DNA of 64,000 bases from Candidatus Bathyarchaeota archaeon (GCA_026015035.1 JAOZHB010000061.1:4424-68423); one strand, 5' to 3'; positions 28,404-38,518 are shown, counted from the stretch's first letter. Numbers and translations are program-made. The notes: generated by a model not told the origin, from the letters alone.

Positions 28404-29359
28404 TATTCGGGGGGGTTTGCGGAGGTAATGACGGTGTTCTTTTCAGCTGAAGCAATCGCTAGCTCTGCAAGGGTTAGCGCCTTTAGGCCGTCCATGCCTG
28501 TGACTGAAGGCGTACGATCTTTGACGACGCTTTCAACGAAATCTCTTAACTCCCGCATTAATGGTTCCTCCCATTTAGAACTGACATCGCGAAGGCCGTA
28601 CACGTCTTCAACGGAAATCTTCTGAGTCAAATAGTCGAGGGTGACAATGGCGTTCTCGCACGTCACGGTTAGGGTTCGCTTCTTTTGAGGTGTCAACCAA
28701 TTTGCCTCAATAAATCCAGTCTGAATCCCGTGAAACCCCAACATAATTTGAGCGTAATCCTCATATCGGTGGCCCAAACTCCCCATTCTCGCGTAAAGGC
28801 TCAGGGGCTCCTGCTCAAAAATAAACCGCATGATGTCTAAATCATGGATTGCTGTGTCTTTGACGACACCCACGTCTCCAATCCTCTCCGGCCACCGTCC
28901 CACTCTTCTGGCAAACGCCAGAACGACCTCTCCGAAGACGCCGCTCTCAATGAGACTCTTAACCCTTTGGACGCCAGGATTGAATCTTTCGATGAAGCCG
29001 ACCATCAGTTTTACCCCCTTCTCTTCAGCCTTTGCCAGAAGCCTCTCAGCCTCCTCGGAGGTGCTGACCATGGGCTTCTCGACGAAGACATGTCTCCCTC
29101 GTTCAATGGCTTCGAATGCGATCTCGAAGTGGGTTGTTGTGGGTGTGCAGATGGTGACTGCTTCCACTGCCCCCCTCTCCAATAGATCCTTGAAACGAGA
29201 GTAATATGCTATGTCATATCGTTCACCCAGACTTTTTGCCCTCGCCTCCTCTCGGTCGCATACAGCCACCAACTCCGCTGTTTCTAATTCCGAGAAGACC
29301 CTCAGGTGATTCTTCCCCCACGACCCCGCTCCTATGACTCCAACCTTTAATCTTTTCAA
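28403..29359 (-). CDS. Gfo/Idh/MocA-family NAD(P)-dependent oxidoreductase
   Basis: 318 aa with MKRLKVGVIGAGSWGKNHLRVF (Rossmann) and VFVEKPM (EKP motif). Confidence 0.9.
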   Translation of the reverse strand: MKRLKVGVIGAGSWGKNHLRVFSELETAELVAVCDREEARAKSLGERYDIAYYSRFKDLLERGAVEAVTICTPTTTHFEIAFEAIERGRHVFVEKPMVSTSEEAERLLAKAEEKGVKLMVGFIERFNPGVQRVKSLIESGVFGEVVLAFARRVGRWPERIGDVGVVKDTAIHDLDIMRFIFEQEPLSLYARMGSLGHRYEDYAQIMLGFHGIQTGFIEANWLTPQKKRTLTVTCENAIVTLDYLTQKISVEDVYGLRDVSSKWEEPLMRELRDFVESVVKDRTPSVTGMDGLKALTLAELAIASAEKNTVITSANPPE

Positions 29360-29436
29360 CGCATCTCACCCAACACCATATATCGAGTAATCTACTCGTA
29401 TTCTCATAAAAGGATTCCACAAGTCTTGGAACCGCG

Positions 29437-32370
29437 TCAATCATCTCCTTCAATCCACCGAGGGAAATTTGACGAGGGACGCTCACCCCAATACTGTCTT
29501 GTCTGAATGTACTTTATCTTGGCCTCCAGTAAGTCCCTGTAAAAGGTCTCTTCATCGTAATGCATTTTAGCTAGAATACGCGCCGCGGTTTGAGGTCCAA
29601 TTCCATGCACTTGTAAGGCGATGACGCCCTTCTTCCCGTAGGAGAGAATTACGTCCGCTCTCCTTCTCACGTCGGCTAAAGCCTTCTGCTCCCTTTCGTC
29701 AAGGGGGAGTTTTTCAAGTCTTTTTTTAACGCACTCCTTGGCATATTGATTGGGGCGAGGGAAGGACGCTAAGAGGTGGGATCCGCATCTAGCACAGCTA
29801 GGCTTCTCTGCCAGTTCCCCAATTTTTGCCTCCCCACTCCACACGCCACAGGAAAGACAGAACAACTCGATGGTGGAACGCTCAATCGCCATCTTCATCC
29901 GCTCCATGGAGCCCCTTTTCTCGGTTTCAGGCGCCATCATTTCCGGGGTTTCAGCGAACTTGTTGAGGATTCGATATGCGAAGGAAGTGGGTTCGTCCCT
30001 TGAGTTAAGTGTCCGAACTTCGATCGATCCGTTTTGGATCTTGTCTAACACCTCTTTTAGGTGGAGGAGATCCATCTTTTTCGTCGAGGCCTCTCGCAGC
30101 GTCTCCGTGTAGATGGGAGTCTTCCGAAACCGGTGGGGTAGCTCCAACAGCTTCTCGTCGCCCATAAAGATCCCCCTCGGTAATGCTCCAAACCGCTGGG
30201 CGACGAACTTCATGTAGTATGCAAAGGGGAAGGCGTCTTCCACGTACCTCTCAACGATCGCTTCTGCTGTCGCTGGGGTGGTTGACTGCAGTATCTCAGC
30301 AATCTCTCGGAGGTCCTCCGGGGAAACGGTGTTCGAAAATTCTATGAGGATGCGGTAGCCATCGTTCCACCACCTGCTCAGCACCCCCTTCTCTGAGAAC
30401 ACTTCGTCAAAGACGTAGCCGAAGGTTCTGTTCACAGCCTCTCCAAAGCACCCGTGAATGACTGCAAAGTGGCTGTACCCCTCGACTAGAAGGAGTGCAT
30501 CGCTGGGAATCGGCACCCCCAACTCCACGTGATCCCATATCTCCTCAACCACCTTTCTGACGGCGTGTCTTTCCACGGGATACTCCTTGACTAAGACCTC
30601 AACCACATCCTTGACCCTTAAGCTCTCGAGAAGGAATGCGATCCGCCGTCTCAAGGCCCCCACATCACTCGCTACATTGAATGGCATGGGCAGAATCTCG
30701 CCGTCCCACCCGGGAATAGCGGCCAGAGGGTCTTCCACAAGTGTGACGTAGACCACTCCTTCTTCCGCAATCTGCATAATCTTCCAGACGAGACCTCTGC
30801 AAATGAAGTTAAAGCCCACTCGAGCCTTGGTGAGGACGAATTCCTCTCCGAGGATGCCCACCCTTCGATTCGTCGCAACGTCGATTATGATATACCTCTT
30901 CTCATCTGGGATCGTGGAGAGGTTTTCATAGTAGTATAAACGCGTCCTCGTCCTCCTAGTTAATATGTTGCCTTCCCTGCGTGCAACGCCAAGTTCCACT
31001 ACAAACTCTGCAACCTCCATGAATTCTTCCCAGGCGAGATCGCGATAGGGATACGCCTGTCGAATAATCCGGTGTGCTTCCTCCAAAGCGATCTGATCGA
31101 AGTCCATGACTAGTCCTGCTAGTTGATGGGCTAAAACGTCCAGAACCTTCTCGGGAATTCTCGTTGCCTCAAGTCGGCCGGCCTTCGCTCCCAGGACAAT
31201 CGTTAACGCCTCTAGCGAGTCATCTGTAAACGCCGTTAGGACGACGCCTTCGGACGTGCGGTCAACCCGGTGACCCGACCGTCCAACCCGCTGCACCAGG
31301 GGGGTCACCTGCCTCGGAGACAGATACTGCACTACCAAGTCAATGGAGCCGATATCGATGCCCAGCTCAAGGGTTGACGTGCACACGATTCCACGGATCA
31401 TTCCTTCTTTAAACGCGTCCTCAACGCGATGCCGCTCCTCTCTCGAGAGGGAACCGTGGTGCACCTCGATGTTCGAGTCCAACAGGTGTAGTCTCATGCC
31501 GAGCATCTCTGCGTGCTGTCGACTGTTCACAAAAATTAAAGTCGAATCCCGATGGTCGGCCAACTCCTTCATCCGTAGGATCCGGGCAGCCACTTCGGGG
31601 GACGTGTACAATCTTTGTGCGAAGTCATAGTCTTCTTCGCCTGGAACGGGGCGTTCCACAAAGTAGCGGCACTCTTTAGGCGTCTTGGTTTGGATCAATG
31701 TTATTTGACGACCGGTTCCAACGAGGAAAGCCCCGACTTTCTCGGGGGATTCAACTGTCGCAGATATACCAATGCGTTGATACTCGACTTCTGTGAGTGC
31801 ACTAAGCCGTTCAAGAGCGACGCTCAATTGCACTCCTCTTCGATTCTCTGCAAGTTCATGAATCTCGTCAATTATGACCACCTTTACGTTCTTGAGGTGG
31901 CTTCGCATTCTCTTTCCCGGGAGGATTGCTTGCAGGGTTTCAGGCGTCGTAATCAAGAGGTCGGGTGGCTTGAGGGCTTGTTTCCGCCTCTCTGACCTCG
32001 TTGTGTCTCCGTGGCGTACCTCGATTCTTAAGCCGAGTCGCGTCCCCCACACCATCAGCCTTTTAAGCATGTCTCGGTTTAACGCTCGCAGGGGCGTGAT
32101 GTATAGCAGGGATATGCCTTCCATGGGACGATGTGCGAGGAAGCTGTTGAAAACGGGGAGGATGCATGCCTCAGTCTTGCCATAGCCGGTTGGAGCGACT
32201 AGGAGGACGTTCTCGCCTCGGCTGATGGGTCCTATGGCCATTACTTGAGGGTCGGTGGCTCTCGTGAACCCGAGTTCCCTGAGTACTTTTTGAAGGGGGG
32301 CCCTCAGCAAGTTGAACGGGTCGTCTTCACGGGCCGATGAAGGGGACTGCCCAGTCTCGATTTTACCCAT
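29437..32370 (-). CDS. lhr: Lhr-type large DEAD/DEAH-box helicase
   Basis: 977 aa with VAPTGYGKTEA (Walker A), IIDEIHEL (DExH) and VGRSGHR (motif VI). The long C-terminal extension carries CLSCG...CARCGS and an HhH-like end. Confidence 0.9.
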   Translation of the reverse strand: MGKIETGQSPSSAREDDPFNLLRAPLQKVLRELGFTRATDPQVMAIGPISRGENVLLVAPTGYGKTEACILPVFNSFLAHRPMEGISLLYITPLRALNRDMLKRLMVWGTRLGLRIEVRHGDTTRSERRKQALKPPDLLITTPETLQAILPGKRMRSHLKNVKVVIIDEIHELAENRRGVQLSVALERLSALTEVEYQRIGISATVESPEKVGAFLVGTGRQITLIQTKTPKECRYFVERPVPGEEDYDFAQRLYTSPEVAARILRMKELADHRDSTLIFVNSRQHAEMLGMRLHLLDSNIEVHHGSLSREERHRVEDAFKEGMIRGIVCTSTLELGIDIGSIDLVVQYLSPRQVTPLVQRVGRSGHRVDRTSEGVVLTAFTDDSLEALTIVLGAKAGRLEATRIPEKVLDVLAHQLAGLVMDFDQIALEEAHRIIRQAYPYRDLAWEEFMEVAEFVVELGVARREGNILTRRTRTRLYYYENLSTIPDEKRYIIIDVATNRRVGILGEEFVLTKARVGFNFICRGLVWKIMQIAEEGVVYVTLVEDPLAAIPGWDGEILPMPFNVASDVGALRRRIAFLLESLRVKDVVEVLVKEYPVERHAVRKVVEEIWDHVELGVPIPSDALLLVEGYSHFAVIHGCFGEAVNRTFGYVFDEVFSEKGVLSRWWNDGYRILIEFSNTVSPEDLREIAEILQSTTPATAEAIVERYVEDAFPFAYYMKFVAQRFGALPRGIFMGDEKLLELPHRFRKTPIYTETLREASTKKMDLLHLKEVLDKIQNGSIEVRTLNSRDEPTSFAYRILNKFAETPEMMAPETEKRGSMERMKMAIERSTIELFCLSCGVWSGEAKIGELAEKPSCARCGSHLLASFPRPNQYAKECVKKRLEKLPLDEREQKALADVRRRADVILSYGKKGVIALQVHGIGPQTAARILAKMHYDEETFYRDLLEAKIKYIQTRQYWGERPSSNFPRWIEGDD

Positions 32371-32538
32371 CGCTACGATAGATGATGCTGTATCGCGATA
32401 TTTATGTTACGAGTCAAAGTTATGCGGAGTACTGTCCTATATGTGGTTCGTGAAGGAGCGACGACATTTTGAGGTGAGTAGTGGTGAACAGTGGTTTTGG
32501 ACCTCCGTCAGCTCCGTCGTTCAGAGTTCGATCTCGTT

Positions 32539-33417
32539 CTAGGTAAACATGAGTGCTGTGAAGGCGAAGACTGTGAACACTGCAGTTATCAGGGTGATGA
32601 CTAGTACTGCTTGGTGCTCGGTCATGGGTTTACGGCTTAAGATCAGTGTTCTCAGGCTTCTCGTCTTTTCAGCGTATAGGTGGCCCGAATCGTCCATCAT
32701 GGTATTCGCTCTATCGCGGAGAAGGTAGTTGGAATAGAGGATGAGCGCGGAATTGAATACGTAGGGCGCTAGGGCAATCAGGAGAAAGAGTTTCAGATTC
32801 ATGAGGATGGAGTAAACTGCCAACGTCAACCCAATGGAAAAGGTTCCAACATTTCCGATAAAGGCCTTTCCCGTATAACTCAGATAACCTAAGAAGACGA
32901 GACACAGCATGGGCACTATGGTGAGTGTAATGTTGTTAGAAGCGATGGACAGGCCAGCCAAGACGATGAGGCCTGGCAAGGATTCTAAGCCGTTCAAGCC
33001 GCCTAACTGATTATATGAGTTGGTGACTACAGTGACCAGGATTGGAACGAGAAGGAGGAAGAAGAGGCTGCCGAGGTCAATCACACCAACTAGCAGGAGC
33101 TCTATGGTGGTTCTATCTGAAGGCTTCAGAACCATATAGGGCAGAGCGGTGAAGATGGGTAGAAAGGCCTTGTACCGCCACCGAAGATTGATCATGTCAT
33201 CGATGAGTCCCATAGTGCTGCCGAAGAGGACGGACGTGGCGAGGGCGAGGGCATCCTCGGCCATGACGCCAACGAAGGAGAGGACGTACCAGTAACACAC
33301 ACTGATGATGGCGTAGAAGATTCCGTAACAATTGGGCACAAGAGGCTTGCCGCGCTTGTGGTAGTCTATGGCCTTTGGAAAGGGCATTGCAGTGACTCCT
33401 CCTCTTGGATGAAGCAA
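32539..33417 (-). CDS. GT4-family polyprenyl-phosphate HexNAc-1-phosphate transferase (AglH/WecA/MraY-like)
   Basis: 292 aa, polytopic, with GLIDDMINLRWRYK and NSYNQLGGLNGLE (compare NxxNxxDGxDGL). Alternative start at Met 11 (33387). Confidence 0.85.
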   Translation of the reverse strand: MLHPRGGVTAMPFPKAIDYHKRGKPLVPNCYGIFYAIISVCYWYVLSFVGVMAEDALALATSVLFGSTMGLIDDMINLRWRYKAFLPIFTALPYMVLKPSDRTTIELLLVGVIDLGSLFFLLLVPILVTVVTNSYNQLGGLNGLESLPGLIVLAGLSIASNNITLTIVPMLCLVFLGYLSYTGKAFIGNVGTFSIGLTLAVYSILMNLKLFLLIALAPYVFNSALILYSNYLLRDRANTMMDDSGHLYAEKTRSLRTLILSRKPMTEHQAVLVITLITAVFTVFAFTALMFT

Positions 33418-33465
33418 TATGAATATAGGGGCGCATTATATACATTATTGTGACTCACCCTCTGA

Positions 33466-34539
33466 TTGATGACGAGCATGCTTCTCTCCCCCCCCGATTT
33501 GGCCAAGTACCCCTTCACGAAGGAGTCCCGGGACTACATTAAAGGCCTAGACTTGAAGGTTGACGAGTTAGTTAACCCCGATTACGGGGAGGTCTTGAAT
33601 CGAGCGGAGCAGCGCGTTGAAGAAGCCCTTCTAGGCGGAGAGGTGAAGTGGAGGGGTGAACGCTACTACGAAATCGAAGCCCTCTCCTACCCCATTGCGA
33701 TAATGCTTGTGGCGTCCATTGATGATGACTTCTTAGGTCGACGATATGCCTTAGCAGAGGCGAAAAGGGCGTACAGCCTCTTCCGGAGAGAAAGAGATCC
33801 AGAAAGACTCCTTGAAATCGCCGGATCAGCCTTCGATTGGCGAGCCCAGGATCTCGCCTCAGACGCTAATCAGTCCTACGACTACACCCTCCACTTCGTC
33901 GATTACCTTCGAAATGCGTCAAGGATTCGCAGCGATCCGTGGAAACTCGTTAACCGCTTAATGATTAAGGGAATGGTCTTCTTGAAGAAGGACGAGTTTG
34001 CACGGTTGCTCAGCGAAGAAGTTCAAAAACACGTCCACGCGACGATTACGTCCAGCCCAAAAATCAACTTACCGCCTCTACTACTCCAGAGGATTACGCG
34101 CATATCCCAGATTCTTGGGGAACGCAGAGAGCAGATGCGGTGGGAAGAACTGCCCGAAAAAACAATGGTCGCTGCTTACCCACCCTGCATCAAGAGGCTG
34201 TATGACGCCCTTCTAGCAGGACGCCACCTTTCCCACGTCGGCCGTTTTTCCCTGACATCTTTTCTCTTAAATGTTGGGGTTGACACTGAGGAATTAATCC
34301 GAGTGTACACGTCCGTCTCCGACTTCGACGAGAGACTGACGCGATATCAGACCGAGCACATAGCCGGAAAGAAGGGGTCCGGGACAAAGTACCTCCCTCC
34401 AAACTGTGATACCCTTAAAACCCACGGCCTATGTCCTGGACCCGATGAGGTGTGCAGGACGATTCGACATCCACTGTCCTACTATCGTACGAAGGTTAGG
34501 TTAATTAGGAGGGGGCGCGCAGTTGCTGAACGTGCGTGA
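33466..34539 (+). CDS. priL: DNA primase large subunit PriL
   Basis: 357 aa with YPPCIKRLYDALLAGRHLSHVGRFSLTSFLLNVG and C-terminal Cys residues forming the Fe-S domain. Confidence 0.85.
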   Translation: MMTSMLLSPPDLAKYPFTKESRDYIKGLDLKVDELVNPDYGEVLNRAEQRVEEALLGGEVKWRGERYYEIEALSYPIAIMLVASIDDDFLGRRYALAEAKRAYSLFRRERDPERLLEIAGSAFDWRAQDLASDANQSYDYTLHFVDYLRNASRIRSDPWKLVNRLMIKGMVFLKKDEFARLLSEEVQKHVHATITSSPKINLPPLLLQRITRISQILGERREQMRWEELPEKTMVAAYPPCIKRLYDALLAGRHLSHVGRFSLTSFLLNVGVDTEELIRVYTSVSDFDERLTRYQTEHIAGKKGSGTKYLPPNCDTLKTHGLCPGPDEVCRTIRHPLSYYRTKVRLIRRGRAVAERA

Positions 34540-35785
34540 AACAGGAGTGAACTTTATCGAGAGAAAGTTCGCTGAATATTACGCGGACGCCTTTGAAACC
34601 GTTTCCCTGCCATCCTCTTTTACGCAACGTGAATTCGGCTTCATCCCCTTCACGGAGAAAATAATGATCCGTCACAAGGGCTTTACGGCGCCTGAAGAGT
34701 TCATGACCTTCATTACGTCCATAACCCCCGCGCACGCCTACTACTCAGCAGCCTACTATGAAGATCCCGAAGCACCCATGGCTAAGAAGGGATGGATTGG
34801 ATCCGACCTCATCTTTGATATAGACTCCGACCACATTCCAACACCCTGCAAGGGTGAGCATGACTACTGGATATGTGAGGACTGTAGTACCGGTACGTCT
34901 CAGTCCTCACAGGGGAACTGTCCTCACTGTGGAAGCGGAAAACTACGGAAGGAGTTTTGGCTCTGCGAAACGTGCTTAGAACTGGCGAAAGCAGAAACTT
35001 TGAAGCTCCTGGACTTCCTCATAACCGACTTTGGCTTCCAGCAAAGGGAAATTAAAACCTATTTTTCAGGTCATCGAGGATACCACGTCCACGTGGACAG
35101 AGAAGGGGTTAAATCCCTTGATCAAGCAGCGAGGAAGGAGATCGTTGATTACCTCTTAGGAACAGGCTTGAACATCGAGTTCCATGGCCTGAAAAGAACC
35201 CATCGGACAGCGGAGTGGCGATCAATGGGGCCCACTCTCTCCGATTCCGGGTGGAAGGGGCGTATAGCCAAGGGTGTGTATGACTTCCTCCTTTCCGCTA
35301 CACCCCAGCAACTGGAAGACCTCGAGGGATTAACCAAGACTGCTGCCAGAAGAGTGGTCAACAATCGGGACCGCATCTTGGCGGGTGGGGGGAACTCTGC
35401 CCCCTGGGGGGTCGTAAAAGGGGTAGGACCTAAAACGTGGGAGACACTGGCCATGAACGGTGTGAAGAAGCAGGCTTCAATGATCGACCCCGTTGTCACC
35501 ATGGACATCCATCGGTTGATACGGGTTCCTCGGAGCCTCCACGGTAAAACAGGCTTAAAGGCGGTGCCCATTCCCATCAATTTCCTCGAAAAATTCAACC
35601 CTCTTACGGAGGCTGTCGCCTTTCCCGAGGGCCAATTAGACGTGTATGTGACGGAAGCCCCCGCATTTCGTTTGGGAAGCGGAGTCTTTGGGCCCTACCG
35701 ACGTGAACGCGTGGAGCTGCCTATGGCAGCGGGAATATATTTGCTTTGTAAGAGGGCGGCTAAAGACGCTAGAAGACCTAGTTAA
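34523..35785 (+). CDS. priS: DNA primase small catalytic subunit PriS
   Basis: 420 aa with the catalytic DLIFDIDSDH, zinc knuckle CEDC...CPHCGS, and YFSGHRGYHVHV. It overlaps priL by 17 nt. Confidence 0.9.
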   Translation: MLNVRETGVNFIERKFAEYYADAFETVSLPSSFTQREFGFIPFTEKIMIRHKGFTAPEEFMTFITSITPAHAYYSAAYYEDPEAPMAKKGWIGSDLIFDIDSDHIPTPCKGEHDYWICEDCSTGTSQSSQGNCPHCGSGKLRKEFWLCETCLELAKAETLKLLDFLITDFGFQQREIKTYFSGHRGYHVHVDREGVKSLDQAARKEIVDYLLGTGLNIEFHGLKRTHRTAEWRSMGPTLSDSGWKGRIAKGVYDFLLSATPQQLEDLEGLTKTAARRVVNNRDRILAGGGNSAPWGVVKGVGPKTWETLAMNGVKKQASMIDPVVTMDIHRLIRVPRSLHGKTGLKAVPIPINFLEKFNPLTEAVAFPEGQLDVYVTEAPAFRLGSGVFGPYRRERVELPMAAGIYLLCKRAAKDARRPS

Positions 35786-35818
35786 TGGGAAACCTCACAC
35801 CTCGGGTGAAAGAATGAA

Positions 35819-36379
35819 ATGAGTTACGCTCTTCTTTATGAAGCGTGGAAGCGGGAAAAAGAGAGTCACGAGTTACAGCCCATAGACCGGGAGTTCTATT
35901 CGGATTTAAGTCAATACGTGAAGAGACAACGGGAAGAACTCCAAATGCTTGATGAAAAAACCTTGAAAGCTCGCCTCCTGTCCGAGGAACATGAGCGGGT
36001 GAAGAAGTTGTTATCTGATCTGATTCATTCCCGGTATAGAAAAATGTTTAATAGCGTCCTCGATGGAAAAACCAATCCCTCTGCCCTCTTAACGTCCGAA
36101 GAAGAAGTGAGCTACAGCGGAATCTCGTCAACGTGGAAACACATAGAAGATGTCTTGAAGGACGTCCTCAGAGGGAGAATCCCAGCCGTCAGAGGGGTAA
36201 AACCTGCGGAGAAGCCAAAAAGAATATTAGTGCGGTTCCTAAAAGCCATACCCGCGATAATAGGGCCGGATATGAAGGCGTATGGCCCCTTTAACGAGGA
36301 GGATGTGGCGTCTCTCCCCGCTGAAAACGCGGAAGTCCTACTAAAACGCGGAATAGCGATGGAGGTATTAACTCGATGA
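35819..36379 (+). CDS. GINS subunit, Gins51/Gins15 (Sld5/Psf1-like) type
   Basis: 186 aa with an N-terminal A-domain pattern LLYEAWKREKESHELQPIDREFY. The position directly after priS matches the known crenarchaeal priS-gins15 linkage. Confidence 0.7.
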   Translation: MSYALLYEAWKREKESHELQPIDREFYSDLSQYVKRQREELQMLDEKTLKARLLSEEHERVKKLLSDLIHSRYRKMFNSVLDGKTNPSALLTSEEEVSYSGISSTWKHIEDVLKDVLRGRIPAVRGVKPAEKPKRILVRFLKAIPAIIGPDMKAYGPFNEEDVASLPAENAEVLLKRGIAMEVLTR

Positions 36380-36654
36380 AGTATCCGAGACGACTGAGGA
36401 CCTATTGCCCGAGATGTGTCAAACACACGGAGTTCACTGTATCCCAGTACAGAAAGGGGAAGGATCGAAGCCTCGCGGAGGGCAACCGGCGTATAGAGCG
36501 AAAACGGGAGGGATATGGCGGTCAACGCGTGGCGAGACAGAGGCGGACGTCCAAAACCACGAGGAAGCAGATCGTTATGATCCGCTGTACCGTCTGTGAC
36601 TATCAGACCTCACGACTGGGAGTACGCCTCAGGCGGTTGGAAATAACCGCGTAG
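36376..36654 (+). CDS. rpl44e: 50S ribosomal protein L44e
   Basis: [20 protein letters not shown]...GYGGQ...[12 protein letters not shown] overlap with the previous gene. Confidence 0.9.
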   Translation: MKYPRRLRTYCPRCVKHTEFTVSQYRKGKDRSLAEGNRRIERKREGYGGQRVARQRRTSKTTRKQIVMIRCTVCDYQTSRLGVRLRRLEITA

Positions 36655-36667
36655 GAGAGGAAGAAGA

Positions 36668-36865
36668 TTGTCAAAGTGGATGGATTTAATTCCTAGGCCA
36701 AGAAGTAAGTTTCTTCGGGTGAAATGCTTCGATTGCGGCAACGAGCAATCCGTGTTTTCCAACGTCGCCACTATCGTCAAATGCAACGTCTGCGACGCCG
36801 TTCTCGCCGAGCCAACAGGGGGACGATCACGCATTCGTGGAGAAATAATCAACATTTATGAGTGA
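36668..36865 (+). CDS. rps27e: 30S ribosomal protein S27e
   Basis: [38 protein letters not shown], a C4 zinc ribbon. Alternative ATG at 36680. Confidence 0.9.
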   Translation: MSKWMDLIPRPRSKFLRVKCFDCGNEQSVFSNVATIVKCNVCDAVLAEPTGGRSRIRGEIINIYE

Positions 36866-37694
36866 GATGTGTTTCATGGCGATGGAAAAGACGGAAGAAA
36901 GTGAATGGTTTCTACCTGAGGCGGGTGAACTCGTAGTCGGCACGATTATTCGAATCATGCCCTACGGCGCCTACGCCACACTAGATGAGTATGACGGCGC
37001 CGAAGGCCTTTTACATATCTCCGAAATCTCATCCCGATGGGTGAAAAACATCAGGGACCACGTTAGAGAACGGCAGAAGGCGGTTCTGAAAGTTTTACGA
37101 GTCGACCGTGAAAAACGACACATCGACCTCTCTTTAAGACGGGTGAATGAACGGGAGAAGCGGGAGAAACTTCTTGCCTGGAAACGAGAGCTGCGGGGAC
37201 GAAAACTGTTTGACATAGCGGTTGAAAAGCTCGGGGTTCCTGGCGAAGAGGCCTACAACCAGGTGGGACGCGTCCTAGAAGACCGTTTTGGCAGCCTCTA
37301 CGATGGTTTTGAGAATGTAGTGATCCAGGGGAAGAAGCCGCTGCTCAAGGCGAAGATACCGTCTGATTGGATCAAGACCATAACAGAAATCGCTGAAGCC
37401 AACATCCGAATCCCCCTGATGAAAGTCAAAGGAACCATCGAATTGACCTGTACCGCGTCGAACGGCGTTACCGTGTTGAGGAACGCTTTCAAAAAGGCGA
37501 AAAAGGTCAGACGGCCAGAGAACGCCGACATAAAGATCTACGTCACTGGCGCCCCCAAGTATCGTGTTGAAGTCTCTGCGAAAAACTATAAGGAAGCTGA
37601 AAGACTGCTCGAAAAGGTCGTCAACACGGCGTTTGAAACGGTGAAAGCCGCTGGTGGAGACGGCAAGTTTACACGAGCTTCTGCAAGGCGTTAA
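36858..37694 (+). CDS. eif2a: Translation initiation factor aIF2 alpha subunit
   Basis: 278 aa with an S1 domain ([12 protein letters not shown]...[20 protein letters not shown]). Alternative start ATG 36876 avoids the 8-nt overlap with rps27e. Confidence 0.9.
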   Translation: MSEMCFMAMEKTEESEWFLPEAGELVVGTIIRIMPYGAYATLDEYDGAEGLLHISEISSRWVKNIRDHVRERQKAVLKVLRVDREKRHIDLSLRRVNEREKREKLLAWKRELRGRKLFDIAVEKLGVPGEEAYNQVGRVLEDRFGSLYDGFENVVIQGKKPLLKAKIPSDWIKTITEIAEANIRIPLMKVKGTIELTCTASNGVTVLRNAFKKAKKVRRPENADIKIYVTGAPKYRVEVSAKNYKEAERLLEKVVNTAFETVKAAGGDGKFTRASARR

Positions 37695-38137
37695 TAATGG
37701 CGAAATGGGTTCTCCGACGATGCGTGGGTTGTGGACGATACACCATGCACGTGGAACGATGCCCCCACTGCGGAGACGACGTGAAGTCCCCCCATCCCGC
37801 CAAGTACTCTCCCGACGACAAATACATCAAATACCGCCTTAAGGCGTCTTAAAAAAGTTACATGCTCTGCCTTAAAAAACGGAAATAAGGAGCCATCTCC
37901 AGCTAACTCCTCAGCTTTAGACGAAATCACAAGACTTCGACCAGTGCTGTTGGTTCCCATCAACCTTAAAATACCCAGCCGCCGTAAAATCCGTCTATCC
38001 CCCTTCACCACACGTTTTTCGCGGTACCGCAAGCTAGTTAGGAACATTATTTCTTTCAGCCTTTTCAGCTCTGGCGCAGTGACACTTTTAGGCTTGTAAT
38101 CTCCTTTCGGCATTGAAAACCCTTCCCCACCATCCAA
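37691..38137 (-). CDS. Hypothetical basic protein; 3' third is antisense to nop10
   Basis: 148-aa ORF. The first 95 or so residues (MPKGDYKPKSVTAPELKRLKEIMF...) occupy otherwise empty DNA. The remainder is an open antisense read-through of nop10. Confidence 0.3.
   Translation of the reverse strand: MDGGEGFSMPKGDYKPKSVTAPELKRLKEIMFLTSLRYREKRVVKGDRRILRRLGILRLMGTNSTGRSLVISSKAEELAGDGSLFPFFKAEHVTFLRRLKAVFDVFVVGRVLGGMGGLHVVSAVGASFHVHGVSSTTHASSENPFRHY
37697..37852 (+). CDS. nop10: H/ACA RNP protein Nop10
   Basis: Below the ORF-track cutoff. My translation is MAKWVLRRCVGCGRYTMHVERCPHCGDDVKSPHPAKYSPDDKYIKYRLKAS, a zinc ribbon plus the P-x-K-Y/F-SP-D-D-KY tail. It starts 2 nt after the aIF2alpha stop. 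Confidence 0.85.
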   Translation: MAKWVLRRCVGCGRYTMHVERCPHCGDDVKSPHPAKYSPDDKYIKYRLKAS

Positions 38138-38359
38138 TCTATGTCTACATATACATGGCTGTCTTATGCCGTAATCGAACAGCTACTCAAACACGAACAT
38201 TCCAGGGAAAAGTATTAATCAATAAAATAAAAAAATGACAGGGATTACAGTTCTCACTGATGCGACGCTAAAGAAAGCAACTCACACATCAGCAACCATT
38301 CGTGTACGTTGCTCTTTGACGTTCATTGGAGGCAATGATACGTAGAGGTCAAACTAAGA

Positions 38360-38518
38360 CTAAACGCGAGTCGTGTTGTTTGACAGGAAGTTCCATACGG
38401 CTTCTCTTACGACCTCTGAGATGGAGACGTATCTTCCTTCCGAAGTATCGACGTGTTGCTTGATCTGTTTGTAGAGACTCTCTGGAATTACCAAACTTCG
38501 ATATCCTTTTCTAGGCAT
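38360..38518 (-). CDS. Ribbon-helix-helix (CopG/Arc/MetJ-type) DNA-binding protein, 52 aa
   Basis: Below the ORF-track cutoff. My translation is MPRKGYRSLVIPESLYKQIKQHVDTSEGRYVSISEVVREAVWNFLSNNTTRV, with a beta-strand SLVIP followed by two helices. TTTAAAAATA lies about 22 nt upstream of the ATG, which is TATA-like and suggests a leaderless transcript. Confidence 0.6.
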   Translation of the reverse strand: MPRKGYRSLVIPESLYKQIKQHVDTSEGRYVSISEVVREAVWNFLSNNTTRV

